Below are positions 50,325 to 60,379 of a DNA stretch of 64,000 nt, piece by piece. The stretch is from Rhodobiaceae bacterium (GTDB taxonomy: Bacteria > Pseudomonadota > Alphaproteobacteria > Rhizobiales > Tepidamorphaceae): assembly GCA_020637855.1 (NCBI GenBank), contig JACKJR010000005.1, forward strand, positions 83,340 to 147,339, written 5' to 3'. Numbering within the stretch: position 1 is the first letter of the stretch; each line of letters opens with the position of its first letter. The notes under the pieces were generated by a model. The model did no database searches and was not told the DNA's origin. It saw nothing but the letters and a program-made list of their open reading frames with translations. Both the position numbers and the translations under genes were made by a program.

Positions 50325-52547
50325 ATGACCGCCCAGCCTGCGCCAGCGAGCTTCTCGGGTTCCGATGAACTGACCGGTTTCGTCACCATGGTCGACGGCG
50401 AAACCGCGCACATTGACCTGGCGGTAGAGGGTCTGCGCTGCGCCGGCTGCATGGCCAAGCTGGAACGCGGCATCTCCTCGCTTGACGGTGTCTCAAAGGC
50501 GCGCGTCAACCTGACCAGCAAGCGCATGGCGGTGGAATGGACGGGGCCAAGCCAGACGCCATCTTCGATCATCAATGCGGTATCCGGCCTCGGTTTCAAG
50601 GCCTATCCGTTCGACCCCGACAGGCTGGAAGCCGCAGCGGATGCGGAAGGCCGCGGTTTGCTGCGCGCCCTTGCGGTGGCGGGCTTTGCTGCGGCTAACA
50701 TCATGCTGCTTTCGGTGTCGGTATGGTCGGGCAACGTCACCGACATCACGCCCGAAACGCGCGATCTGTTCCACATGCTGTCGGCAGTGATCGCACTGCC
50801 TGCGGTTGCCTATTCCGGCCAGACCTTTTTCCGCTCCGCGCTCGCTGCATTGAGGGCGAAAAGCCTCAACATGGATGTGCCGATCTCGCTCGGCGTACTG
50901 CTCGCGGTCGGCATGTCTTTGTTCCAGACCTTCAGCCACGCTCATCATGCCTATTTCGATTCCGCCGTGATGCTGCTGTTCTTCCTGCTGATCGGCCGCT
51001 ATCTCGACCACACGATGCGCCGGCGCACGCGTGACTTCGCTGCCAACCTCGCAGCCCTGCGGGCCGAAACCGCGACCAAGCTGCTCGCGGACGGTGAAGC
51101 CAAAACGCTGCCGGTTTCTGCCATAGAGACCGGCGATCTCGTATTGGTGAAGCCGGGGGAGCGCCTTGCGGTCGACGGCATCGTTGAATCTGGAACATCG
51201 GAAGTCGACCAGAGCCTTGTGACCGGCGAGACCGTCTTTGCCCGTGCCGAACCCGGCACGGTTGTTTATGCCGGCACCCTGAATCAGGGTGGCGTTCTGC
51301 AGGTCCGTGTGACGGCTGCGGGCCAGGGCACCCTGCTCGATGATGTGAACCGGCTGATCGAAAAGGCTTTTGCGGTCAAGAACCGTTATGTCGCGCTCGC
51401 GGACAGGGCCGCGCGGGTCTACGCACCGGTCGTGCACACGCTGTCGGCGCTGACTTTTCTCGGCTGGCTCGCGTTCGACGCGGGTTGGGAGAAATCCCTG
51501 GTCACGGCAATCGCCGTGTTGATCATCACTTGTCCCTGTGCATTGGGGCTTGCCGTGCCTGCAGTTCAGGTTGTCGCAACCGGAAGGCTGTTCAAGGCCG
51601 GTATCCTGCTCAACGGCGGCGATGCGCTGGAACGCCTGGCGCGCGTCGACACGATCGTCTTTGACAAGACAGGTACCCTGACCATGCCGGATGCGGTTAT
51701 CGCCGGCGATCAGGTGGTGGACGAGGCGACATTGAAGCTTGCAGCCAGGCTGGCGGTATCGAGTTCGCATCCGCTGGCGAAGGCCCTTGCGAGTGCGTAT
51801 CCGGAATCGTCGCCGGTCGATGGCGCGCATGAAGAGGCAGGCAAGGGCGTCGTTGCCACGCTCGATGGCGCTGAGCTGAAGCTCGGCAGCGCAGCCCTCT
51901 GCGGTGTGAGTGATAGCCAGCGCGACGCGGCGCAGAAGGCGGCGGGCTTTGCCTCGCTGATCTGGTTGGCACGTGAGAATGGCGAGGTATTGCCGATCCG
52001 GATCGGGCAGGCTCTGCGCCCGGATGCCGGGGAGACGGTTCACGTGCTTCAGGCGAAGGGCTACCGGGTCGAGATTCTTTCTGGTGACCGCCAGGACATC
52101 GTCGATGGCGTTGCTGCCGATCTCGGCATCGCATCCGGGCAGGGCGGGCTGGCGCCCGCTGACAAGATCGCCCGCATCGAGGCATTGAAAGCGGACGGAC
52201 ACAGCGTCCTCATGGTGGGCGACGGTCTCAACGACGCCCCGGCGCTCGCGGCAGCAGATGTCTCCATATCGCCGGTAACTGCCGTGCACTTGAGTCAGGC
52301 TGCGGCGGACGCAGTGTTTCTGGGCGACAGGCTTGCCCCCGTGATCACCGCGCTTGCGGTCTCCAGGCGTGCCCGTGCCATCATGGGGCAGAACCTGTGG
52401 CTTGCTGTGATCTACAACATGGTGGCGGTGCCGATCGCCATTGCCGGCTTCGTCACCCCGCTGATTGCCGCGCTCGCCATGTCGGGCTCCTCGATCCTCG
52501 TGACCACGAACGCATTGCGCGCAAGGTTCGCCGGCGGCAAGGCATGA
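50325..52547 (+). CDS. ccoI: Cu-transporting P1B ATPase for cbb3 assembly
   Basis: CAGC HMA motif, TGE, CPC, DKTGT, HP, GDGLND, YN, MS.SS. Confidence 0.94.
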   Translation: MTAQPAPASFSGSDELTGFVTMVDGETAHIDLAVEGLRCAGCMAKLERGISSLDGVSKARVNLTSKRMAVEWTGPSQTPSSIINAVSGLGFKAYPFDPDRLEAAADAEGRGLLRALAVAGFAAANIMLLSVSVWSGNVTDITPETRDLFHMLSAVIALPAVAYSGQTFFRSALAALRAKSLNMDVPISLGVLLAVGMSLFQTFSHAHHAYFDSAVMLLFFLLIGRYLDHTMRRRTRDFAANLAALRAETATKLLADGEAKTLPVSAIETGDLVLVKPGERLAVDGIVESGTSEVDQSLVTGETVFARAEPGTVVYAGTLNQGGVLQVRVTAAGQGTLLDDVNRLIEKAFAVKNRYVALADRAARVYAPVVHTLSALTFLGWLAFDAGWEKSLVTAIAVLIITCPCALGLAVPAVQVVATGRLFKAGILLNGGDALERLARVDTIVFDKTGTLTMPDAVIAGDQVVDEATLKLAARLAVSSSHPLAKALASAYPESSPVDGAHEEAGKGVVATLDGAELKLGSAALCGVSDSQRDAAQKAAGFASLIWLARENGEVLPIRIGQALRPDAGETVHVLQAKGYRVEILSGDRQDIVDGVAADLGIASGQGGLAPADKIARIEALKADGHSVLMVGDGLNDAPALAAADVSISPVTAVHLSQAAADAVFLGDRLAPVITALAVSRRARAIMGQNLWLAVIYNMVAVPIAIAGFVTPLIAALAMSGSSILVTTNALRARFAGGKA

Positions 52548-52717
52548 GCGTTCTGGTCTACCTGATCCCGGCGGCATTGTTGCTCGGGCTGTTCGGGCTT
52601 GGCGCCTTCATGTGGGCGCTGAAATCCGGCCAGTTCGAGGATCTCGAAGGTGCTGCCAACCGCGTCCTGCGCGACGACGATCTGCCGGAAGACCAGCGCG
52701 AACATCACGACGAGTAA
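52544..52717 (+). CDS. ccoS: cbb3 maturation protein
   Basis: MSVLVYLIP...WALKSGQFEDLEGAANRVL; ATGA overlap with ccoI. Confidence 0.93.
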   Translation: MSVLVYLIPAALLLGLFGLGAFMWALKSGQFEDLEGAANRVLRDDDLPEDQREHHDE

Positions 52718-52764
52718 GAAGGCCGCGGTGATCTGTTGCGGGCAATCAGCGCTATAGTGAAAGA

Positions 52765-54000
52765 TTACTCGGCGGCTGCGGCCTTGTAGGCACGCGGCAA
52801 ATTGAGTTCGGTCCACGCGGCATCGAGAGCGTCGGCCAATTCCTCGATCAATTGATCGGTGTGGAACGGGGTCGGGGTGATTCTGAGCCGCTCGGTGCCT
52901 CGCGGCACGGTCGGAAAATTGATCGGCTGGATATAGAGGCCAAACCGGTCCAGCAGCATGTCGCTCGCAGCCTTTGCCTTTTCCGGATTGCCGACCAGAA
53001 CCGGCACGATGTGGGTTTCGCTTGGCATAACCGGGATGCCGCGAGCGCTGAGCACGCGCTTGGTCCGTGTCGCCTGCCGCTGCTGCGCGCTGCGCTCTGT
53101 CGGAGAGGCTTTCAAGTGGCGCACCGAGGCTTTGGCGGCCGCCGCGACCGCGGGAGGCAGCGTCGTGGTGAAAATGAACCCGGAAGCATATGAGCGCACG
53201 GCATCGACGATGTTCGCATCCGCCGCGATATAACCGCCAAGGCATCCGAAAGCCTTCGCCAGCGTCCCCTCGATGATGTCTACGCGGCTCATCGCGCCAT
53301 CGCGCTCGGCAATACCTGCGCCGCGCGGCCCGTACATGCCGACCGCATGCACTTCGTCGAGATAGGTCATCGCGCCGTATTTCTCGGCGAGATCGCAGAT
53401 CGCGTTGATCGGTGAAACGTCACCATCCATCGAATAGACGGACTCAAACACGATCAGCTTTGCCCGGTCCGGCCCGGCATTCTTCAGAAGCTCTTCGAGG
53501 TGAGCGAGATCGTTGTGCCGGAAGATCGCCTTCTCGCAACCCGACCGGCGCACGCCTTCGATCATCGAGGCGTGGTTCAACTCGTCCGACAGGATCAGGC
53601 AGCCGGGGATCAGTTTGCCCACGGTTGAGATCGTCGCCTCGTTGGAGATGTAACCGGAGGTAAACACAAGCGCGGCCTGCTTGTGATGCAGGTCGGCGAG
53701 TTCGCTCTCAAGTGCGACGATGCTGCTGTGCGTACCGGAGATGTTGCGGGTGCCGCCGGCGCCGACGCCATGTTGTGCAATGGCCTGCTGCGCGGCCGCC
53801 ATCACGTCTTCATGCTGGCCCATGCCGAGATAATCGTTGGAGCACCAGATGACGATATCACGCACATTGCCGCCCACATGCGCGCGGGCACGCGGAAATT
53901 TTCCGGCAACGCGCTCAATGTCGAGAAACACGCGGTAGCGCTGCTCTTCATGCAGAGCGTCGATCGCGTCGGAAAAGGTGCGCGCGTAGTCGACCGCCAT
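52765..54000 (-). CDS. hemA: 5-aminolevulinate synthase
   Basis: [53 protein letters not shown]. Confidence 0.96.
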   Translation of the reverse strand: MAVDYARTFSDAIDALHEEQRYRVFLDIERVAGKFPRARAHVGGNVRDIVIWCSNDYLGMGQHEDVMAAAQQAIAQHGVGAGGTRNISGTHSSIVALESELADLHHKQAALVFTSGYISNEATISTVGKLIPGCLILSDELNHASMIEGVRRSGCEKAIFRHNDLAHLEELLKNAGPDRAKLIVFESVYSMDGDVSPINAICDLAEKYGAMTYLDEVHAVGMYGPRGAGIAERDGAMSRVDIIEGTLAKAFGCLGGYIAADANIVDAVRSYASGFIFTTTLPPAVAAAAKASVRHLKASPTERSAQQRQATRTKRVLSARGIPVMPSETHIVPVLVGNPEKAKAASDMLLDRFGLYIQPINFPTVPRGTERLRITPTPFHTDQLIEELADALDAAWTELNLPRAYKAAAAE

Positions 54001-54263
54001 GTTCAACTATCCCCAGTCAGTTTCTGTTACGCAACGCCCGTACCAAAACCAGTCACGGACCCCGGACAGGCCCGCATTGTCAGTTGATGCCACAATCACG
54101 CATTGCCCGCCATGGATCAATCGGGCAAAGCCCATATGCGGCGGTTTGCCCCGATCCGGCCATGACTTTCGTCAAGGATGAATTGTCGTCATTCTTGTGG
54201 GCCAAGCTCAGGCAATATGCTGTGCGGCTGATATTTCCGAGTGACGAGAAATCGGAGGAAACC

Positions 54264-54623
54264 ATGTGGTCAAGACGCTTTTCCATATTCGCTGCCGCTT
54301 CCGTCCTGATAGTGGCCCTGGCAGGCCCGCAGCCGGCTGCCGCCGGAGATTGCACCGGCTACATCGTCGGTGTGCGGCCGCTCAGCCAGTATAACCACGC
54401 CAATGGGAACGGTTTCCTTGCCGTTCGTTCCGGGCCGGGTGGCAAGTACCGGCAAGTCGGCGAGCTTTATTCCGGTGACGAAATCTCGGTCTACGGCCGG
54501 CGCGGCAACTGGTATGAGGTCACTTGCATGTCCGGCGTGTGCACCAACCCGTTATGGGGTCCCGCGGTTCCCTCTGGCTGGGTCTATGGCAAATACATCA
54601 GCATTGGCGGTGTTTGCCCTTGA
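54264..54623 (+). CDS. Secreted bacterial SH3-domain protein
   Basis: RBS GGAGG, signal peptide, LAVRSGPG..Y, GNWYEV, GWVYGKYI; four Cys. Confidence 0.8.
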   Translation: MWSRRFSIFAAASVLIVALAGPQPAAAGDCTGYIVGVRPLSQYNHANGNGFLAVRSGPGGKYRQVGELYSGDEISVYGRRGNWYEVTCMSGVCTNPLWGPAVPSGWVYGKYISIGGVCP

Positions 54624-54707
54624 TTTTCTGCTTACATCTTGCGTGGCGCGATACATTGTCGCCAGATTGATGCATGAATCCATGGGAGCATGCGAATGGC
54701 GGGCAGG

Positions 54708-55148
54708 ATGAAGCACTGGCTCGGCGCAGTCGGCGCAGTGTTTTTTCTGCCCATCGCCGTTCAGGCCACCAGCGACCCTTTGATCGAGAAGATCGACCGC
54801 GCCAATGCGGCGCTTGAATGTTCCTTCATCGCGCAGGTCGTCCAGAAGAAGCTCGGCGAGGTGAAGTACGAGGAGTACCGCGAGAAGGAGACGTATCTCT
54901 ATGGTATCTGGCGCGAGATAGCCGAGGAGATCAGGTTCCCCGGCCCGTTGCTGAACTCAGGCAATCAGGGCATTTACGTCGACTTCTACGAACACCACCA
55001 GCCACGCACCAAGGTTAGCCTCGATTTCATCCTGGGGTCGATATACAGCGCCCGCATGGCTGAATTCATGGCCGGCACGGACACTTCGGTACTGGGCGAG
55101 GCCGACTACGCCGCAAAGGACTGCGATAGGCTGATTGGCAGGGAGTAG
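54708..55148 (+). CDS. Hypothetical exported protein
   Basis: Signal-like N-terminus, two Cys; no family recognised. Confidence 0.55.
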   Translation: MKHWLGAVGAVFFLPIAVQATSDPLIEKIDRANAALECSFIAQVVQKKLGEVKYEEYREKETYLYGIWREIAEEIRFPGPLLNSGNQGIYVDFYEHHQPRTKVSLDFILGSIYSARMAEFMAGTDTSVLGEADYAAKDCDRLIGRE

Positions 55149-55330
55149 GCCTGCTGTTGCCGGATTTCGTGGCAAAAAGATCACATAAGAAAACCAACAT
55201 GCCCTAAAGTCATATATTCAACTTCATTCGCCGGCCCGGCGCTGGACTGATACGGGCATAATACGCACAGGTTTACTCTTGATTATATATAACGGCTTTA
55301 GGCACGAAATACAGGATCAAGAGTTCTGTG

Positions 55331-56119
55331 ATGAAATCAAAAACTTTGAAAATCTATCGGGCCTTGGCAATGGCGGTTGTCATGCTGCTTGGCATCTGCG
55401 CGTCCAACGGTGCTCAGGCTCAGAGCAGCCTGTTCGGTCCGATGTCGAGCGGTCCATACGATTGGTCGGGCTTGTACATCGGCGGGCATGCAGGCTGGGG
55501 CGAAGCCGGCTGGAACATTGACGGTGATGCCGGCCCCTTTGATGGCTCTACAATCGGACTGCCGTATGATTTCGACGATTCTGGCTTAGTTGTCGGCGGA
55601 ACCATCGGCTACAACTATCTCTTCGATCACGGCATGGCGGATGGCCATCGCCTGCTGGTCGGCATCGAGGCCGATATCGGCTATATCGGCATCGACGAAA
55701 CCCACAGGTTCGACACCGACTTCGACCTCGCTCAGCAACAACTCGGATTCTATGCCGACATCACCGGCAGGGTGGGATTGGTGTTCGATCGCTTCCTGAT
55801 CTACGCCAAGGGTGGTGTGGCGTTCGCGGATATCGATTTGCGGGCTGCCGATTTTGATGGTGGCGGCACCGTGCTTGATACCAATGATTTGACCACTTTG
55901 TCTGGCATCCGCACGGGATATGTCGTCGGTGGCGGTATCGATATCGCGCTCAATGAAATTTGGTCCGTCAACGCCGAATACCGCTACATGGACTTCGGCA
56001 CGGAATACAGCACGAACTTGGATACCGATGACTGGTATCACAAGAATGACGTTCACCTTGTGACGATTGGCGTGAAGGCCAAGCTTGGTGACCTGTTTGG
56101 CCCGATGGGCGCCAACTGA
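55331..56119 (+). CDS. Outer-membrane beta-barrel protein, Omp25/RopB family
   Basis: Signal peptide, DWSGLYIGGHAG, GGTIGYNY, VGIEAD, GRVG, LIYAKGGVA, EYRYMDFG. Confidence 0.87.
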   Translation: MKSKTLKIYRALAMAVVMLLGICASNGAQAQSSLFGPMSSGPYDWSGLYIGGHAGWGEAGWNIDGDAGPFDGSTIGLPYDFDDSGLVVGGTIGYNYLFDHGMADGHRLLVGIEADIGYIGIDETHRFDTDFDLAQQQLGFYADITGRVGLVFDRFLIYAKGGVAFADIDLRAADFDGGGTVLDTNDLTTLSGIRTGYVVGGGIDIALNEIWSVNAEYRYMDFGTEYSTNLDTDDWYHKNDVHLVTIGVKAKLGDLFGPMGAN

Positions 56120-56147
56120 TCGCACATCGCTCAGGCGAGGATTTGAG

Positions 56148-56183
56148 AGGTTCCGGATTTGCGTCCGGGACCTTTTTCTTTTT
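56148..56183 (+). terminator. Intrinsic terminator after the OMP gene
   Basis: AGGTTCCGGA-TTTGCG-TCCGGGACCT followed by TTTTCTTTTT. Confidence 0.8.
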
Positions 56184-56334
56184 GGCCGCACGAGTGGAAC
56201 GGTGAGCGAACCGAACCAGCGTGAGGTGTAAGAAAACAAACCCGCAAGGGTTCGTAAGCCCGACCGGGCGTCGCGCACTTTTGCGCGCCCCATCGGAGGC
56301 GTTGAGCGAAGCGAAACCGCCGTGAAACAGATAA

Positions 56335-56409
<75 letters not shown>

Positions 56410-56607
56410 ATCTTGCGCATGCGCGTAATGGCCGACGGTTTGTCACGGAAAACCGGATCGCGCGGGCGCGAAGCACCCGCTTGCCGACGGCGGGCGGAAA
56501 CTGCCATAGCGATGGCCTTCGCGCAAGCAAAGATGCGATAGTTTCGTATGGCGGTTTTTGGCCAATGCGGTGGTACAAAAATCCAGGACGCAGGGGAGGG
56601 ATGGGGT

Positions 56608-56787
56608 ATGTCCGAAAAGGACGTAAAGCCCGAGGATGCAACACAGCCGGCAAAGACCGGAATCCAGAATGACGACGCACGCTCGCAGCGGCTGGCGGCG
56701 GCCCTGAAAGCCAATCTCAAACGCCGCAAGCAGCAGGCGCGCGGGCGCAGGGAAGAAGGCGATCAGGCGGACACGGGTGAGCGATAA
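56608..56787 (+). CDS. Small basic hypothetical protein upstream of murA
   Basis: RLAAALKANLKRRKQQAR resembles a short protein commonly found before murA in Alphaproteobacteria (from memory). Confidence 0.65.
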   Translation: MSEKDVKPEDATQPAKTGIQNDDARSQRLAAALKANLKRRKQQARGRREEGDQADTGER

Positions 56788-56909
56788 CCCTCCGCGAGCG
56801 CGTTAGTCATGGGCAGGTCTTTGCCTTGTTTTCTCCTTGAGCGGGCATTACACCTCGCCGTCACGCTCGCATTGGAGCGCACGGGGATTTTCAGTAAGGG
56901 TGAATCGGC

Positions 56910-58199
56910 ATGGACAGCATCCGCGTTACCGGCGGCAACCGGCTGAATGGGGCGATCCCGATTTCCGGCGCCAAGAATGCCGCGCTTCCCCTGATGATCG
57001 CCTCGATCCTGACGCCGGAAACGCTGACGCTGGAGAATGTGCCGCGGCTGACCGATGTCCAGAAACTGGCCCAAATTCTCAACAACCACGGCATTGACAT
57101 CACCATAGCCGGCAAGCGCGCGGGTCAGGGCGAGGGGTATTCCCGCACCATGCACATCAGCGCGGCCGAGATCGTCGACACGACCGCACCTTATGAACTC
57201 GTGTCGCAGATGCGGGCGAGTTTCTGGGTCCTCGGCCCGTTGCTGGCGCGCTGCGGCAAGGCGAAGGTTTCGCTGCCCGGCGGCTGCGCCATTGGCACCC
57301 GTCCCGTCGATCTTCATTTGATGGGGCTCGAGGCGCTCGGCGCCGAGATCGAGCTTGATGCGGGCTACGTTATTGCGCGCGCACCAGGCGGCCTGAAGGG
57401 CGGCAACATCACATTTCCCATGGTTTCCGTCGGCGCGACGCACAATGTTCTGATGGCTGCGGCCGGGGCAAAGGGCACCACGGTGATCGAAAATGCCGCG
57501 CGCGAGCCCGAGATTGGCGATGTCGCCCGCTGCCTCGTCGCCATGGGGGCCGAAATCGAGGGCATCGATACCGGCACGCTCGTGGTGCATGGCTCTGGTG
57601 CGTTGCACGGCGCAACTCACGCGGTCTTGCCCGACCGCATCGAGACCGGCACCTACGCCATGGCGGTGGCGATGACGGGCGGTGATGTACTGCTGGAAAA
57701 CACCCGCATGGATCTGCTGCAGGCGGCTTTCGACGTACTGGTCGAAGCCGGCGTTACGGTAACCCAGACCAACGAGGGCGTGCGCATCGCCCGCAATGGC
57801 GCTGGAATCAGGCCGGTGCATGTATCCACCGCGCCTTATCCCGCCTTCCCGACCGACCTGCAGGCGCAGCTGATGGCGCTGATGACCAAGGCCGACGGTG
57901 TTTCGACCATCACCGAAACGATCTTCGAAAACCGCTTCATGCATGTTCAGGAACTGGCGCGTCTTGGTGCCGACATCCGCCTCAATGGCGAGACGGCGAC
58001 GATCACTGGCGTGAAGACGCTTAAAGGGGCGCCGGTGATGGCGACCGATCTTCGCGCATCGGTTTCCCTGATCATTGCAGCCCTGGCCGCCGAAGGCGAG
58101 ACGACGGTCTCGCGCGTCTACCACCTCGACCGCGGATTTGAGCGCATCGAGGAGAAACTCGGCCGCTGCGGCGCGCAAATCGAACGCATCAGCGCTTGA
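56910..58199 (+). CDS. murA: UDP-N-acetylglucosamine 1-carboxyvinyltransferase
   Basis: [23 protein letters not shown] (catalytic Cys), FPTDLQ, FENRF, TDLRA. Confidence 0.98.
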   Translation: MDSIRVTGGNRLNGAIPISGAKNAALPLMIASILTPETLTLENVPRLTDVQKLAQILNNHGIDITIAGKRAGQGEGYSRTMHISAAEIVDTTAPYELVSQMRASFWVLGPLLARCGKAKVSLPGGCAIGTRPVDLHLMGLEALGAEIELDAGYVIARAPGGLKGGNITFPMVSVGATHNVLMAAAGAKGTTVIENAAREPEIGDVARCLVAMGAEIEGIDTGTLVVHGSGALHGATHAVLPDRIETGTYAMAVAMTGGDVLLENTRMDLLQAAFDVLVEAGVTVTQTNEGVRIARNGAGIRPVHVSTAPYPAFPTDLQAQLMALMTKADGVSTITETIFENRFMHVQELARLGADIRLNGETATITGVKTLKGAPVMATDLRASVSLIIAALAAEGETTVSRVYHLDRGFERIEEKLGRCGAQIERISA

Positions 58200-58261
58200 C
58201 GTTTGGGTTCATCATCACGACATCTGCGTGACAAACACGAACTTTCAACTGACGGATTCGC

Positions 58262-58720
58262 ATGGACCAGAACAGCTCCGGCGGGCTGGCGCTCGCAGCC
58301 CTTGATGCCGACGATCTCGAAGTGATCTCCGCCCATACGCAGGATGCCGTCATCAGTGCTTCCGATCTGGCGTTCCAGAAGCGTCACGCAGCCTTTGTCG
58401 CGATGCTCAACCGCTACGACTGGGATGCCGACGATGCGCAGGGCAAGGGCAGGGAGCACAAGCGCCGCCGCACGGCTCTTCATTTCGACCGTGTGCGCGG
58501 GGTCCGCTCGCGTGGCTTCGACCCCAAACACCCCGATACCGTGCTCAACCTGCTGGCGATCCGCTACGTTCCGGCCGGCGAAGGGCCTGCCGGTATCGTG
58601 GAGCTGGTTTTCTCCGGTGATGCCGCCATCCGTCTCGATGTCGAATGCATCGAATGCCGCATGAAGGACATGGGCCCTGTGTGGGCAACACAGAACCGCC
58701 CGGCGCATAGCGCAGGGTAA
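58262..58720 (+). CDS. DUF2948 family protein
   Basis: DADDLEVISAH.QDAV, NRYDW, LNLLAI, DVECIE; follows murA. Confidence 0.85.
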   Translation: MDQNSSGGLALAALDADDLEVISAHTQDAVISASDLAFQKRHAAFVAMLNRYDWDADDAQGKGREHKRRRTALHFDRVRGVRSRGFDPKHPDTVLNLLAIRYVPAGEGPAGIVELVFSGDAAIRLDVECIECRMKDMGPVWATQNRPAHSAG

Positions 58721-58859
58721 TCACGGGCAGGAAACGGACCGTCCGCCCGAACGCTTTACGCTGATACCAATGCAGGGCTTTGCCAACCGCGCGCCGCGAT
58801 GTCATAGAACGGGTACGCAGCCCCGGTCATGATCTGCCGGGAATTGGGCGGAGTGCTTC

Positions 58860-59357
58860 ATGGCATCTAACGGCAAGAAGGCAGGAGAAGGGGGCGGACA
58901 CCTCGTCGCAATCAATCTCGACGAAAGCTCCATCCGTCGATCCACGCCCGATATTGACCATGAGCGCGCGATCGCCATCTACGATCTGATTGAGGAGAAC
59001 CGTTTCGAGCCGGAAGGGCTGCCTGGCGGCGAATACGCTCTCGGCCTGTCGATACAGGAACAGCGCCTGGTGATGGATATCACCTCGCCGGACGGAACGC
59101 CGGTTACCACCCATGTTCTCTCGCTGACGCCGCTGCGCAAGGTGATCCGCGACTACTTCATGGTTTGCGAGAGCTACTACGAGGCAATCCGGCAGGCGAG
59201 CCCAAGCCGTATCGAAGCAATCGACATGGGCCGTCGCGGTTTGCATGATGAAGGCTCGCAAATCTTGCGCGAAAGACTGGACGGCAAGATTGGCGTCGAT
59301 CATGACACCGCCCGGCGTCTGTTCACGCTGATCTGCGTCCTGCACTGGAAGGGCTGA
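58860..59357 (+). CDS. UPF0262 family protein
   Basis: [41 protein letters not shown]. Confidence 0.9.
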   Translation: MASNGKKAGEGGGHLVAINLDESSIRRSTPDIDHERAIAIYDLIEENRFEPEGLPGGEYALGLSIQEQRLVMDITSPDGTPVTTHVLSLTPLRKVIRDYFMVCESYYEAIRQASPSRIEAIDMGRRGLHDEGSQILRERLDGKIGVDHDTARRLFTLICVLHWKG

Positions 59358-59361
59358 TTCA

Positions 59362-59817
59362 GTGGTGCAGGAGAGGGACAAGCTGCCCTCGTCGGTGCTG
59401 TTTGCCTGTTCGATGAACTCGGTGCGTTCGCCGATGGCCGAAGGCATCATGAAACAGTTGTTCCCCTTCAAGGTCTATACCCAGTCTGCAGGTGTTCACG
59501 AAGGTGAGCTGGATGGTTTCGCCGTAGCGGTGATGGAGGAAATCGGTGCCGACATTTCCGGTCATGTGCCGAGGACCTTCGATGAAATCCACGACACGAG
59601 CTTCGATCTGATCATCTCGCTGTCGCCTGAAGCACATCACCACGCACTCGAACTCGCCCACACGATGGACATCGATGTCGAATACTGGCCGACCCAGGAC
59701 CCGACCATGGAAATGGGAATGCGGGACCAGAGGCTCATCGCCTACCGGCGCGTCCGCGATCAACTGACGACGCGCATCAAGCAGCGCTTCGGCTGGCAGC
59801 CGCCGGCCAGCACGTGA
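59362..59817 (+). CDS. Low-molecular-weight phosphatase / ArsC-like protein
   Basis: VLFACSMNSVRSPMAE (CX5R P-loop), SAG, W...DP. Confidence 0.87.
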   Translation: MVQERDKLPSSVLFACSMNSVRSPMAEGIMKQLFPFKVYTQSAGVHEGELDGFAVAVMEEIGADISGHVPRTFDEIHDTSFDLIISLSPEAHHHALELAHTMDIDVEYWPTQDPTMEMGMRDQRLIAYRRVRDQLTTRIKQRFGWQPPAST

Positions 59818-59836
59818 TCCGATCTGACACGAAGAC

Positions 59837-59860
59837 TTGACCTTCCAGCCACTGGAAGAT
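59837..59860 (+). promoter_or_regulatory. CueR-type operator/promoter
   Basis: -35 TTGACC overlapping ACCTTCC-AGCCACT-GGAAGAT (consensus ACCTTCC-N7-GGAAGGT), upstream of a multicopper oxidase operon. Confidence 0.8.
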
Positions 59861-59920
59861 GCATGACCCATCGCTATCTTATCTGAACCGAAACGATACG
59901 GAGCCTCCCGACTGATGAGA

Positions 59921-60367
59921 ATGAAACTGTCTGTTGCCGCCTGCCTCATTGCTCTTGCAACCGCCGCGCTTGCCCATCAAGGCGCGAGTGGGGTCGTCAA
60001 GAAGCGCATGGAGTTGATGAAGGACACTGCCCAGCACATGAAATCGATCGCGGGCATGGTCAGCGGCAAGAGTGAACTCGATACCGGTTCGCTTACGGCA
60101 TCCGCGCAGACGATCGCCGCGCACGCGGGGGATATTCCAGATTTGTTTCCGGAAGGCTCTCTGCATGACCCGAGTGAAGCGCTGCCGAAGATTTGGGAGG
60201 AGTGGGAAGACTTCACCATGCTCGCCAACGATCTGTCGGAGCGTGCCGAACAGCTGGCTGCGGTGGCCGATGACGGCGCTAGCGCGGCAGACCTGCAGGC
60301 CGCCTTTGGCAAGGTAGGCGAAACATGCAAATCCTGTCACACCGATTTCCGGTTGAAGAAACAGTGA
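59921..60367 (+). CDS. Class II cytochrome c (c'/c556 family)
   Basis: Signal peptide, helical body, SEALPKIW, C-terminal CKSCH. Alternative start 59915. Confidence 0.88.
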   Translation: MKLSVAACLIALATAALAHQGASGVVKKRMELMKDTAQHMKSIAGMVSGKSELDTGSLTASAQTIAAHAGDIPDLFPEGSLHDPSEALPKIWEEWEDFTMLANDLSERAEQLAAVADDGASAADLQAAFGKVGETCKSCHTDFRLKKQ

Positions 60368-60379
60368 GATGAGAAAGCA

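Noticed and set aside
38819-54000. Nitrogen fixation or symbiosis island implied by fix genes
   Set aside because: No nif or nod genes in the window; fixLJK/ccoNOQP/ccoGHIS is a general microoxic respiration cluster.
54084-54120. FNR/FixK box upstream of hemA
   Set aside because: TTGAT and ATCAA half-sites are present but not at N4 spacing.
54010-56334. Intact integrative element at tRNA-Thr
   Set aside because: No integrase and no duplicated tRNA 3' end found by eye.
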